A stretch of DNA of 64,000 bases from Candidatus Dormiibacterota bacterium (GTDB lineage Bacteria; Chloroflexota; Dormibacteria; Aeolococcales; Aeolococcaceae): assembly GCA_036521195.1 (NCBI GenBank), contig DATDID010000009.1, positions 1,609-65,608 of the forward strand, in the 5' to 3' direction. The notes beneath the pieces are model-generated. The model was not told the DNA's origin. It saw nothing but the letters and a program-made list of their open reading frames with translations, and made no database searches. This document shows positions 11,954 through 20,820 of the stretch, piece after piece; position 1 is the stretch's first letter; the number at the start of each line of letters is the position of its first letter. Position numbers and translations under genes: made by a program.

Positions 11954-12475
11954 ATGGCGGTGCTGCTGCTCAATGCCTCGTTGCAGCCGCTCAACGTGAT
12001 CAGTCACAGGCGGCTGGTCGTCCTGTTGACCAAGGAACGGGTTGCGTTTGTCGACGAGGCGGCGGAGCGCGCCGCGGCCGAAGCGCTCGCCGGCCGGCGG
12101 CTCCCCGAGGGTGTGGTGATCGTCCGCCTTCTGCGCACGATTCACGTCCCACGCCGGTTGCTCCGCCCGAACCGGCGCAATCTGCTGCTGCGCGACGACC
12201 ACACCTGCCAGTACTGCGGCCGGCTCGGCACGGCCGCCGACCTCACCGTCGACCACGTGATCCCCGTGTCCCGGGGCGGTGCGCCGGACAAATGGGAGAA
12301 CGTCGTGATCGCGTGCCGGAAGTGCAACTGGCGCAAGGCGAACCATCGCCCGGAGGAGGTCGGCCTGCTGTTGCGGCGCAAACCGGTCCCGCTCACGCAG
12401 GAGTACGCGCACATCATCTTCCTGCGCTATCCGGAGCTGAAGGAGGCGTACGACCGCCTGCTCGCCGTCGCCTGA
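11954..12475 (+). CDS. HNH endonuclease (McrA-like, about 170 aa)
   Basis: Contains CQYCGR...DLTVDHVIPVSRGG...ENVVIACRKCNWRKANH, i.e. CxxC, DH, N, CxxC. Confidence 0.85.
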   Translation: MAVLLLNASLQPLNVISHRRLVVLLTKERVAFVDEAAERAAAEALAGRRLPEGVVIVRLLRTIHVPRRLLRPNRRNLLLRDDHTCQYCGRLGTAADLTVDHVIPVSRGGAPDKWENVVIACRKCNWRKANHRPEEVGLLLRRKPVPLTQEYAHIIFLRYPELKEAYDRLLAVA

Positions 12476-12521
12476 TGAGGCTGCGTTCACGGTGATCCCG
12501 CGCCTCTATACTCGGTAGGCC

Positions 12522-13376
12522 ATGCCTCGATCCATGTGGCGCGGGGCCATCAGCTTCGGCATGGTGGCAATTCCCGTGCGGCTGTACCTCGCTACCGAGT
12601 CGAAGAGCGTCTCGTTCCGGCTGCTGTGCCCGAATGACCAGACGCCGGTGCGCAACAAGCGCTGGTGCCCCGAGGAGGATCGCGAGATCGGCTGGAGCGA
12701 TGCGCTCCGGGGCTACGAGGTCGGCAAGGACGAGTACGTGGTCATCAGCGACTCCGACCTCGACCAGTTGCCGCTGACGACGACGCACAGCATCGACATC
12801 ATCGAGTTCTGCCCCGACTCGGAGATCGAGGCAGGCGTGTACCTGAAAAGCGCCTACTACCTCGAGCCCGAGGCCGTCGGCGCGAAGCCCTACGCGCTCC
12901 TCCGCCAGGCACTCGAGAAGACCGGCAAGGTGGCCATCGGCAAGATCGCCCTCCGCGACCGCGAGCACCTCTGCCGTCTCGCGCTGCACGAGCAGGGCCT
13001 GCTGCTCAACACATTGCACTGGCCGGATGAGATCCGCTCCGCGGGCGAGCTCTCCATCCCCGACGAGAACCTCGACGTCAAGAAGGCTGAGCTCGACATG
13101 GCGGTGATGCTCATCGAGAACCTGAGCGCTCATTTCGATCCCGCCCGCCACCACGACTCATATCGCGAGGCGCTGCTCGAAGTCGTCGAATCGAAGCTCA
13201 CCAACGAGCCGATCAAGCGGCCGGAAGCGCCCGAGCAGGGCAAGGTCACGGACCTCATGGCCGCACTCAAAGCGTCGGTCGAAGCCGCGAAGTCGCGCAA
13301 GAGCGACGCTGCCGGGAGCGAGGCGTCGGACGACGCCGAAACGGCGGAACCGGCGCGCCGGCGCCGCGCTTCCTGA
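12522..13376 (+). CDS. ku: Ku protein (NHEJ end-binding)
   Basis: N-terminus MPRSMWRGAISFGMVAIPVRLYLAT and a basic, Ala-rich C-terminal tail. A TATACT hexamer lies at 12507-12512, just upstream. Confidence 0.93.
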   Translation: MPRSMWRGAISFGMVAIPVRLYLATESKSVSFRLLCPNDQTPVRNKRWCPEEDREIGWSDALRGYEVGKDEYVVISDSDLDQLPLTTTHSIDIIEFCPDSEIEAGVYLKSAYYLEPEAVGAKPYALLRQALEKTGKVAIGKIALRDREHLCRLALHEQGLLLNTLHWPDEIRSAGELSIPDENLDVKKAELDMAVMLIENLSAHFDPARHHDSYREALLEVVESKLTNEPIKRPEAPEQGKVTDLMAALKASVEAAKSRKSDAAGSEASDDAETAEPARRRRAS

Positions 13377-13393
13377 GGCTGCGCGGACCGGGA

Positions 13394-14503
13394 GTGGCGA
13401 GGACAGCAACGTCACGCGCCGTCGCGCCGGCGCTCGAGGAGCCACTGCTCTTCCGCACCCCGACGCCGCCACTCCTCCCGGGGCACATCCCGCTCGAGGA
13501 GTCGGTTCCGTGCTCGGACCCGTTCGACGATCACGACTGGCTTTTCAGCATCGACTGGGACGGCGCGCGCTCTCTCCTCTACCTCGACCCCGACAGCCCC
13601 GCGCGGGTCCAGGGTGAGACGCTCTGCGAACTCGGCCGGCGGTTTCCCGACGTCCTCGAGACGGTGGTCGCTCCGGACGGCCGGGCTGCGGTGCTCGACG
13701 GGGTCATCGCTGTGCTCGACGCGCAGGGCAGGCCGGATCTCACCGCCCTCGGCAGACGCCTGGCCGCCGGACCGGCACTGGCTGGCGAGCTCCCCGCGGT
13801 CTATCTCGCGTTTGACGTCCTCCATCTCGACGGCCGCCCGGTCACCGGCTGGGCGCTCGAGCGTCGCGTTGAGGCACTGAGCGCGTTTGCCGGGAGCGGC
13901 GACGTGCTCCAGGTACCGGACCACGTGCGTGGCCGGGGCAGCGCGCTCGCGGCAGCCGCCACCGCTCGCAGCCTCCCCGCACTGCTGGCGCGCCGGGCGA
14001 GAGCTCCGTACCGGCCCGGTCTGGCATCGCCGGATCGCCTCCGGATCCCACTCCTCGAGCAGACGACCTGCGTCATCGCGGGCATCATCGAACGCCGTCT
14101 CGGCGCTCCCCGGCTCATCCTCGGCGAGATGGTCGCGGGACGGCTGGTGTTTGCGGGTCAGGTGGAAGGCCCGCACGACAAAGTGGTCTCGCGCTGGCTC
14201 GCGCAGCAGGCGGCAAGCCTCACCGTCGGTGCCGCGATGCTCGACGGCGTTCAACCGTTTGACGCGACGTGGCTGCGACCCGCGTTGACAGCCACGATCC
14301 GCCACCAGGGCAGGGGTGCCGGCGGCGCGTTGTTGCAGCCGTCGCTCCTCGCGGTCCGCGACGACGTGGAGCCGCGCTGGTGCGTGCGCCGTCCACCGGT
14401 CGCGGCACCGGCGGACGCCGCTGAACGCTTCGGGTTCGCGCCAACGTTGATCGTTCCCCTTCCGCTGGGCGACGCCGCACTCCTGCCCCGGCCTCGAACA
14501 TGA
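13394..14503 (+). CDS. ATP-dependent DNA ligase-like protein with degenerate catalytic motifs
   Basis: Ligase-like layout (WLFSIDWDGAR, AVLDGVIAVLD, YLAFDVLHLDGRPV, APYRPG). Motif I reads D-W-D-G-A-R where K-x-D-G-x-R is expected. Confidence 0.7.
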   Translation: MARTATSRAVAPALEEPLLFRTPTPPLLPGHIPLEESVPCSDPFDDHDWLFSIDWDGARSLLYLDPDSPARVQGETLCELGRRFPDVLETVVAPDGRAAVLDGVIAVLDAQGRPDLTALGRRLAAGPALAGELPAVYLAFDVLHLDGRPVTGWALERRVEALSAFAGSGDVLQVPDHVRGRGSALAAAATARSLPALLARRARAPYRPGLASPDRLRIPLLEQTTCVIAGIIERRLGAPRLILGEMVAGRLVFAGQVEGPHDKVVSRWLAQQAASLTVGAAMLDGVQPFDATWLRPALTATIRHQGRGAGGALLQPSLLAVRDDVEPRWCVRRPPVAAPADAAERFGFAPTLIVPLPLGDAALLPRPRT

Positions 14504-15354
14504 CCGGCGGGGTGCTGATGTGCCCGCCGAACCACTTCGGCATCGAGTACGAGATCAACCCGTGGATGCACGTGGCCGTCCAGGTGGACCATGCGCTGGC
14601 GGAGGAGCAGTGGCAGGCGCTGCATCGCACCTACGTCGACATGGGTGTCGACATCGAGCTTGCGACGCCGGTGGCCGGGCTCCCCGACATGGTGTTCACT
14701 GCGAACGCGGCGGTCGTCTGGGACGGGCGCGCTGTCCTCGCGAACTTCCACCATCGCGAGCGCCAGGGCGAGGAGTCGCACTGGCGGGCTGAGCTGGAAC
14801 GGCTGCACTTCGAGGTGCACGAGCTGCCTCGATCGCTGTCGTTCGAGGGTGCCGGCGACGCGCTCTTCGTCGGCGACCGCCTCTTCTGCGGCACCGGATT
14901 CCGGACCGATCGTGAGTCGCACCGGCCTGTTGCCCGCATCCTCGAGGTCGAGGTGGTCACGCTCGAGCTGGTCGACCCGCGCTTCTATCACCTCGACACG
15001 TGCTTCTGTCCGCTTGACGCGAACACGGTGATCGCCGCTCCGGAGGCCTTTTCCTCGGCATCCGCACAGCTCATTCGCCAGCTTGTCCCGAACCTCGTCG
15101 AAGTCTCGGTCGAGGTGGCCGCCGGCTTTGCCTGCAACGCGATGCCGCTGGGAACCCAGGTCGTCTCGTCGCTCACCATCGCCCAGCTCGAAGAGCCGCT
15201 CCGAGCAGCCGGATTCACGATCGTCCCGATGGCGATGGGGGAGTTCCTCAAGGCAGGCGGCGGAGTGCGCTGCCTCTCCCTGCCGCTCGGCACCGGCAAC
15301 CCGAACGGGCTTGTCACCCCGCGCAACGCCCAGGGAAGCTCCACCAACCTCTGA
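14500..15354 (+). CDS. pentein-superfamily enzyme (amidinotransferase / dimethylarginine dimethylaminohydrolase-like)
   Basis: Contains CPPNHFGIEYEINPWM, HLDTCFCPL and the C-terminal nucleophile context GGGVRCLSLPL. ATGA overlap with the preceding gene. Confidence 0.7.
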   Translation: MTGGVLMCPPNHFGIEYEINPWMHVAVQVDHALAEEQWQALHRTYVDMGVDIELATPVAGLPDMVFTANAAVVWDGRAVLANFHHRERQGEESHWRAELERLHFEVHELPRSLSFEGAGDALFVGDRLFCGTGFRTDRESHRPVARILEVEVVTLELVDPRFYHLDTCFCPLDANTVIAAPEAFSSASAQLIRQLVPNLVEVSVEVAAGFACNAMPLGTQVVSSLTIAQLEEPLRAAGFTIVPMAMGEFLKAGGGVRCLSLPLGTGNPNGLVTPRNAQGSSTNL

Positions 15355-15388
15355 GCTGTTTCCCAGACTTCCGCGCGAAGATGGGCCC

Positions 15389-16114
15389 GTGTCCTCTCCC
15401 AGCACGAGTGAGCCGAACCGCATTCTGGTGGTCGACGACGAACGGGCGATCACGGACCTGGTCGCCATGGCGCTCAAGTACGAGGGCTTCACCGTCCAGA
15501 CCGCGGCGACCGCGAAAAGCGCGCGCCACGCGGTCATGGACTTCCGCCCCGACCTGATGATCCTCGACGTCGGACTGCCTGACGACGACGGGTTCACCGT
15601 CGTGCAGCGGCTGATCACCGACGGCGTCAAGGTGCCCGTGATCTTCCTCACGGCGCGCGACGCGACCGAGGAGAAGGTCCACGGCCTTACCATCGGCGGC
15701 GACGACTACGTCACCAAGCCCTTCAGCATCGAGGAGCTCGTCGCGCGGATTCGTGTCGTGCTGCGTCGCCACCATCCCGATGCGGGAGCCGCGAGCAACA
15801 AGCTGGTGCTGCACGATCTCGAGCTCGACGACGAGACCCACGAGGTCTTCCGCGCCGGTGCGGTCATCGATCTGACCCGCACCGAGTTTCGTCTGCTCCG
15901 CTACCTGATGATGAACAGCGGCCGGGTGCTGTCTCGCACGCAGATCCTCGATCACGTCTGGGATTACGACTTCGGCGGCGATGCCAGCGTGCTCGAGACC
16001 TACATCAGCTATCTGCGGCGCAAGGTCGACCAGGTGGATCCGCCGCTGATCCACACCGTTCGCGGCGTCGGCTACGTCATGCGGGTCCCGCGCGCGAGCG
16101 CGGCCCAGGCGTGA
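15389..16114 (+). CDS. OmpR-family response regulator
   Basis: The in-frame GTG at 15389 gives ...NRILVVDDERAI, DLMILDVGLPDDDG, and the winged-helix end HTVRGVGYVMR. Confidence 0.9.
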   Translation: MSSPSTSEPNRILVVDDERAITDLVAMALKYEGFTVQTAATAKSARHAVMDFRPDLMILDVGLPDDDGFTVVQRLITDGVKVPVIFLTARDATEEKVHGLTIGGDDYVTKPFSIEELVARIRVVLRRHHPDAGAASNKLVLHDLELDDETHEVFRAGAVIDLTRTEFRLLRYLMMNSGRVLSRTQILDHVWDYDFGGDASVLETYISYLRRKVDQVDPPLIHTVRGVGYVMRVPRASAAQA

Positions 16115-16146
16115 ACTGCGCGCCGGCCATGTCCCCGGGACCGTAA

Positions 16147-17565
16147 ATGTCGCTGCGCCTCCGACTGCTGCTCACCCTGGCACCCTTGTTCATCATCGGT
16201 CTCGCCGCGGCTGACGCCGGCACATACGCGGCCGTGCAGGGCACTTTGTTGCACGGTGTCGACCAGCAGCTGGTGAGCATTCAGCCGAGCGTCACGAACG
16301 TGCTCACCAACGTGCTCTTCGGGCACGGCCCACAGGGGCCGGGTGATGGCTTCGGCCAGGCGGACGCCTTTCCCGCCGGCACCTATGCAGAGCTCATCGA
16401 CGCCGGCTCGTCGAAGGTGCTCGCGGTGGGATATCTCTACGGGGGCAGCCTTGCGGCGTCGACCTCGCATCCCGTGTTCCCGGACAACATCGGAAAACAC
16501 TCCGAGACGTTGACGGTTTCCGGCAGTGGGACCTGGCATTCCTACCGCGTGTCTGTTGCGCCCGTTCCAGAAGAGCAGGGCCTGGTCTCCGTTGTCGCTG
16601 TCCCGCTCGATGGCGTCGACGGAGTCGACAACACGCTCAGCACGCTGCTCCTGTTCGAGATCGCGATCAGCAGCGGCATCACCGTCCTCGTGCTGCTCGC
16701 GACCTTCTTCCTCGTCCGCCGTGGCATGCGTCCGCTGGAGCGGATGGGAGCCACCGCGCGGACCATCGCGGCAACCGGGCTGGGCAGCCGCGTCTCCCCA
16801 TCGACGGAGAAAACCGAGGTCGGGCGCCTCGGTCTTGCGCTCAACGAGATGCTCGGCCAGATCGAGCGCGCCTTCGCCGAGCGCGAGGTGGTGGAACAGC
16901 GCCTTCGTCACTTCGTGTCCGACGCGTCGCACGAGCTGCGCACCCCGCTGACGTCGATGCGCGGATATGCCGAGCTGCTACAGCGCAATCCCGACATGTC
17001 ACGCGATGACGTGCTGCTCGCGGTGCGCCGCATCGAGGACGAGACGCGGCGCATGGGGTTGCTCGTCGACGACCTCCTGCTGCTCGCGCGACTCGACCAG
17101 AGGCGCCCGCTGGACCGCGCGACCGTCGACCTCACGTCGATGATCAACGACGCGGTCAGTGACGCGCGCGCCGCCGACCCTGGACGCACCGTGATCTCCC
17201 GCATCGCCGCACCGATGGTCGTGACCGGTGACGATCTGCGCCTGCGCCAGGCCGTCGCAAATCTCGTACGCAATGCGCTCGTGCACACGCCTGCAGGCAG
17301 TCCCGTGGAAGTGACGCTCCGTCCCGAGAACACGCATGCCGAGATCGACATCATCGACCACGGTCCGGGCGTTCCCGCGGAACAGCGCCAGCGGATCTTC
17401 GAGCGGTTCCACCGCGCCGACCCGCTGCGCAGTCGCGACCAGGGAGGCAGTGGTCTCGGTCTCAGCATCGCGGCCGCCGTCGTGAACGCGCACGGCGGCC
17501 GCATCAGCGTCGAGGACACACCGGGTGGCGGCGCGACCTTCCGCATCGAGCTGCCCGCAGGGTGA
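16147..17565 (+). CDS. sensor histidine kinase (TM-HAMP-HisKA-HATPase)
   Basis: H-box SHELRTPLTSMRGYAELL, N-box NLVRNALVHTP, G-boxes DHGPGVP and GGSGLGLSI, and two N-terminal hydrophobic segments. Confidence 0.9.
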   Translation: MSLRLRLLLTLAPLFIIGLAAADAGTYAAVQGTLLHGVDQQLVSIQPSVTNVLTNVLFGHGPQGPGDGFGQADAFPAGTYAELIDAGSSKVLAVGYLYGGSLAASTSHPVFPDNIGKHSETLTVSGSGTWHSYRVSVAPVPEEQGLVSVVAVPLDGVDGVDNTLSTLLLFEIAISSGITVLVLLATFFLVRRGMRPLERMGATARTIAATGLGSRVSPSTEKTEVGRLGLALNEMLGQIERAFAEREVVEQRLRHFVSDASHELRTPLTSMRGYAELLQRNPDMSRDDVLLAVRRIEDETRRMGLLVDDLLLLARLDQRRPLDRATVDLTSMINDAVSDARAADPGRTVISRIAAPMVVTGDDLRLRQAVANLVRNALVHTPAGSPVEVTLRPENTHAEIDIIDHGPGVPAEQRQRIFERFHRADPLRSRDQGGSGLGLSIAAAVVNAHGGRISVEDTPGGGATFRIELPAG

Positions 17566-17569
17566 GCTG

Positions 17570-18157
17570 ATGTCAAATCAAGTGCTCTGGTACACCACGC
17601 GCGGCGCCGGCGCGGTCAGCCTCATCCTGCTCAGCGCCGTCGTCGTCCTCGGGTTGCTCGCGCGCCTTCGAGTCGAGGCTCGAGGATGGCCGCGGTTCCT
17701 CAGCGCGGCCGTGCACGGAGACCTCGCGCTCATGACGCTCGTGTTCCTGCTGCTGCACATCGTCACCGCAATCGTCGATCCCTTCACGCACCTTGGGCTC
17801 GTCGCAGCCTTGGTGCCGTTCGGGTCGTACTACCGCACGCTGTGGCTTGGCCTCGGCACCATCTCGTTCGAGCTGCTCATCGCGATCGTCGCGACGAGCC
17901 TGCTGCGACGTCACATCGGCGCACGCACCTGGCGCGCGATCCACTGGCTCGCGTACGCAAGCTGGCCGGTGGCCGTGCTCCACGGCATCGGCACGGGGAC
18001 TGACAGCACAGCGTCGTGGATGGTGGCCATCGACATCGTCTGCATCGCGTCTGTACTCGTTGCTGCCGGCTGGCGCCTTCTCGCGGCGCCCCCGGATCCG
18101 CTTGCGGGCGAACGCCGCGATGCGGCGGAGCGCGCGTCGTTCGGAACAGGACGATGA
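17570..18157 (+). CDS. ferric reductase-like (MsrQ/YedZ-like) transmembrane heme protein
   Basis: Polytopic. Paired histidines in TM helices (AVHGDLALMTLVFLLLHIV and AIHWLAYASWPVAVLHGI) have the 13-14 residue spacing typical of bis-heme FRD domains. Confidence 0.7.
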   Translation: MSNQVLWYTTRGAGAVSLILLSAVVVLGLLARLRVEARGWPRFLSAAVHGDLALMTLVFLLLHIVTAIVDPFTHLGLVAALVPFGSYYRTLWLGLGTISFELLIAIVATSLLRRHIGARTWRAIHWLAYASWPVAVLHGIGTGTDSTASWMVAIDIVCIASVLVAAGWRLLAAPPDPLAGERRDAAERASFGTGR

Positions 18158-19380
18158 CGTTGTCAGTGCTCGCCGGTCCCGCGCCGGCTACCGGGACGGA
18201 GGGCTACGCGGCGCATGTCGCGCGACTGGGCCCGCTACCGCTGAGCACGTCTGCGCTCATCGATACCATCGACCGCAGTGAGCTCCGTGGCAAAGGAGGA
18301 GCGGGCTTCCCGGCCGCGACGAAATGGCGCGCAGTCGCGTCGCGGCGAGCGGGAAACCCTGTCGTGCTCGCCAACGGTGGCGAGGGTGAGCCACTCAGTC
18401 GCAAGGATCGGACGTTGATGGAGCAACGTCCCCATCTCGTGATCGACGGCGCGCTGCTCGCGGCGGGTGCGGTCGGCGCACGCGAGATCGTCCTGTACGT
18501 CGGCGCCGACCACACGGGCGCGATCCGCGCGATGCAGCGAGCGGCCGGCGAGCGCCCACCGAGGGAGCGCGACCTCCTTCACGTCGTGAGCGCCCCAGTG
18601 CGCTACGTCTCCGGTGAGGAGACCGCCGCAGTCAACTTCGTCAACACCGGCATCGCGTTGCCGACGTCGATTCCACCCCGTCCGTACGAGCGCGGAGTCG
18701 ACGGCCGCCCCACGCTGGTGCAGAACGTGGAAACGCTTGCGCACGCCGCGCTCATCGCGCGCTCCGGTGACGCCTGGTTCCGTTCGCTCGGCGTTGGCAC
18801 TGCGTCGGGGACGACGTTGATCTCCGTCGGTGGCGCGGTGCCGCAGACGATGCTCATCGAGGCGCCGCAGGGCACGACCATCACCGATGCAGTCAACGCT
18901 GCAGGTGGTCTCACTGCCGACAGTGACGCTGTACTGCTCGGTGGCTACTTCGGCAGCTGGGTTGCAGCGTCGACGGCATGGGGTCTGGTCATCGATGCGG
19001 ACGGGTTGCGTGCCAACGGGTACTCGCTCGGCTGCGGAGTGATCGCCGTGCTCCCTGCAGGACGGTGCGGCGTCGTCGAGACCGCGCGGATCCTGGCGTA
19101 TCTCGCGCACGAGAGCGCTCGCCAGTGCGGCCCATGCACCTTTGGTCTCCGAGCGATCTCGGCGGCGACCGGACGTGTCGCGGCGCTCACGTCTTCGGAC
19201 GGCGACCTCGACCACATCAAACGTTGGTCGGGGCTGCTCGCCGGCCGCGGCGCGTGCCGCCATCCCGATGGCGCCGCCGGGTTGCTCGGCTCAGCGCTTC
19301 GGGTGTTTGCGGAGGAGTTTCAGCGACACGACCAGCAACACCGCTGCAGCGCAACCATCGCGCAGTCGGTGGCGTCATGA
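18154..19380 (+). CDS. NuoF-like NAD(P)H-binding / 4Fe-4S protein
   Basis: LRGKGGAGFPAATKW (NuoF glycine-rich motif) and the C-terminal cluster context ESARQCGPCTFG...CRHPDG. ATGA overlaps at both ends. Confidence 0.75.
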   Translation: MTLSVLAGPAPATGTEGYAAHVARLGPLPLSTSALIDTIDRSELRGKGGAGFPAATKWRAVASRRAGNPVVLANGGEGEPLSRKDRTLMEQRPHLVIDGALLAAGAVGAREIVLYVGADHTGAIRAMQRAAGERPPRERDLLHVVSAPVRYVSGEETAAVNFVNTGIALPTSIPPRPYERGVDGRPTLVQNVETLAHAALIARSGDAWFRSLGVGTASGTTLISVGGAVPQTMLIEAPQGTTITDAVNAAGGLTADSDAVLLGGYFGSWVAASTAWGLVIDADGLRANGYSLGCGVIAVLPAGRCGVVETARILAYLAHESARQCGPCTFGLRAISAATGRVAALTSSDGDLDHIKRWSGLLAGRGACRHPDGAAGLLGSALRVFAEEFQRHDQQHRCSATIAQSVAS

Positions 19381-19595
19381 GCGGACGGTATGTCGTCGCC
19401 GTCGACCGCATCAAGTGCGACGGACACGGTGTCTGCGCCGATCTGCTGCCCGAGATGATCGAGCTCGATGACTGGGGCTATCCGATCATCCTGCCCGGTG
19501 CGGTGCCCCCGTCGGTGCTGCCCCATGCCCGGCGCGCAGTATCGGGTTGTCCGACGCTGGCACTCCGGCTCCAGGCGCTCGCGGCGCGACGTTGA
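19377..19595 (+). CDS. small ferredoxin
   Basis: 72 aa: MSGRYVVAVDRIKCDGHGVCADLLPEMIELDDWGYPI...AVSGCPTLALRL, a single-cluster ferredoxin pattern. Confidence 0.75.
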   Translation: MSGRYVVAVDRIKCDGHGVCADLLPEMIELDDWGYPIILPGAVPPSVLPHARRAVSGCPTLALRLQALAARR

Positions 19596-19651
19596 CCTCC
19601 GCGGCCTCCCGAGTGCCGGAGTCGCGAGCTCAGAGCCGTCGAGTCTTTCCC

Positions 19652-19687
19652 GGGAGTCTGCTCGGTCATCGATGAGACCGGACTCCC
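19652..19687 (+). terminator. long nested hairpin after the ferredoxin gene
   Basis: gggagtc (19652-58) pairs with gactccc (19681-87). The inner part contains the perfect palindrome tcatcgatga. No U-tract. It could be a terminator or an operator. Confidence 0.3.
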
Positions 19688-19744
19688 AGAGGGATCCCAG
19701 CATCCTCATTGCACGCATCAAGATGCGATCTCCAGGCTGGAGCA

Positions 19745-20521
19745 ATGCACCCCGCGACCCGGCCCGCAATCGACATCGCGATTCCCGTGCACAACGAGGA
19801 ACGCGACCTCGACGCGAGCATCCGCACGCTGCACGCCCATGTACAGCGCCAGCTCGCATGTTCCACGTGCATCACGATCGTCGATAACGCGAGCACGGAC
19901 GCCACGCAGGCTATCGGCGCTCGGCTCGCCGCCGAACTCGACGGTGTGTGTTACATGCGCCTCGACGACGTGGGACGCGGCAGAGCGTTGCGTGCCGCGT
20001 GGCTCGCGAGCGGCGCCGATGTCGTCGCGTACATGGACGTGGATCTCTCCACCGACCTGCGCGCCTTGCGCGACCTGGTCGAGCCGGTCCTCGCCGGTCG
20101 CGCCGATATTGCAATCGGCAGCAGGCTGATGTCCGGGGCGCGTGTCACGCGCAGTCTCAAGCGTGAGTGCATCTCGCGTTGCTACAACCTCGTGCTGCGT
20201 ACGTTCCTGCATCTGCGAGTGCGCGACGCGCAGTGCGGTTTCAAAGCAGTACGCGCGGGGGTTGCTCGTGAGCTGCTCCCGTCCGTGCGAGACGAGGGTT
20301 GGTTCTTCGACACCGAGCTGCTCGTGCTCGCGCAGCGCGCGCGACTCCGCACGCTGGAGTTCCCCGTCACATGGATCGAGGACACCGACTCGCGCGTCAA
20401 GATCGTGAGCACCGCGATGAGGGATCTCCGGGGAGTGGCGCGCATGCTGCGGAGCCAACCCGGCACGCTGGGCAGGGCGCCCCTGGTCGCCTTTTCCCAG
20501 GATTCGCCCAGGAATCCTTGA
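19745..20521 (+). CDS. family 2 glycosyltransferase (polyprenol-phosphate sugar synthase-like)
   Basis: Contains IDIAIPVHNEE, IVDNASTDAT and YMDVDLSTDL (DxD). Alternative TTG start at 19709. Confidence 0.85.
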   Translation: MHPATRPAIDIAIPVHNEERDLDASIRTLHAHVQRQLACSTCITIVDNASTDATQAIGARLAAELDGVCYMRLDDVGRGRALRAAWLASGADVVAYMDVDLSTDLRALRDLVEPVLAGRADIAIGSRLMSGARVTRSLKRECISRCYNLVLRTFLHLRVRDAQCGFKAVRAGVARELLPSVRDEGWFFDTELLVLAQRARLRTLEFPVTWIEDTDSRVKIVSTAMRDLRGVARMLRSQPGTLGRAPLVAFSQDSPRNP

Positions 20522-20820
20522 CCCTGGCTCCAGGGGAGGTGCTCATCCTGAGATGCGTGAACAGGATCACTGTCGCCGAACGTGACCGCGCGCTAAGGTT
20601 TCGGAAGAAGCTCACGGTGTCGTCAGGCGTCGGCGCCACGGTTGCCGTCGTCGCCCTGGCCGCACTCTCGGCACACACGTACGCTGGAACCCTCAGTGCA
20701 ACGTCGACCACATCAATGACGACAACCCCGGCATCGAGCAGCACCGCAGCGCCACTCGCAACAGGCTCGGCGAGCAGCGGCAGCTCGTCGTCAGCAAGCG
20801 CGGTGAGCGGCGCCTCGTGA
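20518..20820 (+). CDS. small membrane-anchored or secreted Ser/Thr-rich protein
   Basis: A basic stretch RFRKK, then the hydrophobic VGATVAVVALAALSA, then an S/T/A-rich tail ending AVSGAS. A TTG start overlaps the GT2 stop (TTGA) and the stop overlaps the apbE GTG (GTGA). GTG starts at 20539 or 20557 are also possible. Confidence 0.5.
   Translation: MTLAPGEVLILRCVNRITVAERDRALRFRKKLTVSSGVGATVAVVALAALSAHTYAGTLSATSTTSMTTTPASSSTAAPLATGSASSGSSSSASAVSGAS

Noticed and set aside
14251-15693. A 480-aa ORF on the - strand.
   Set aside because: It overlaps three well-supported + strand genes (the ligase-like gene, the pentein enzyme and the response regulator). The translation is S/R/G-rich and implausible.
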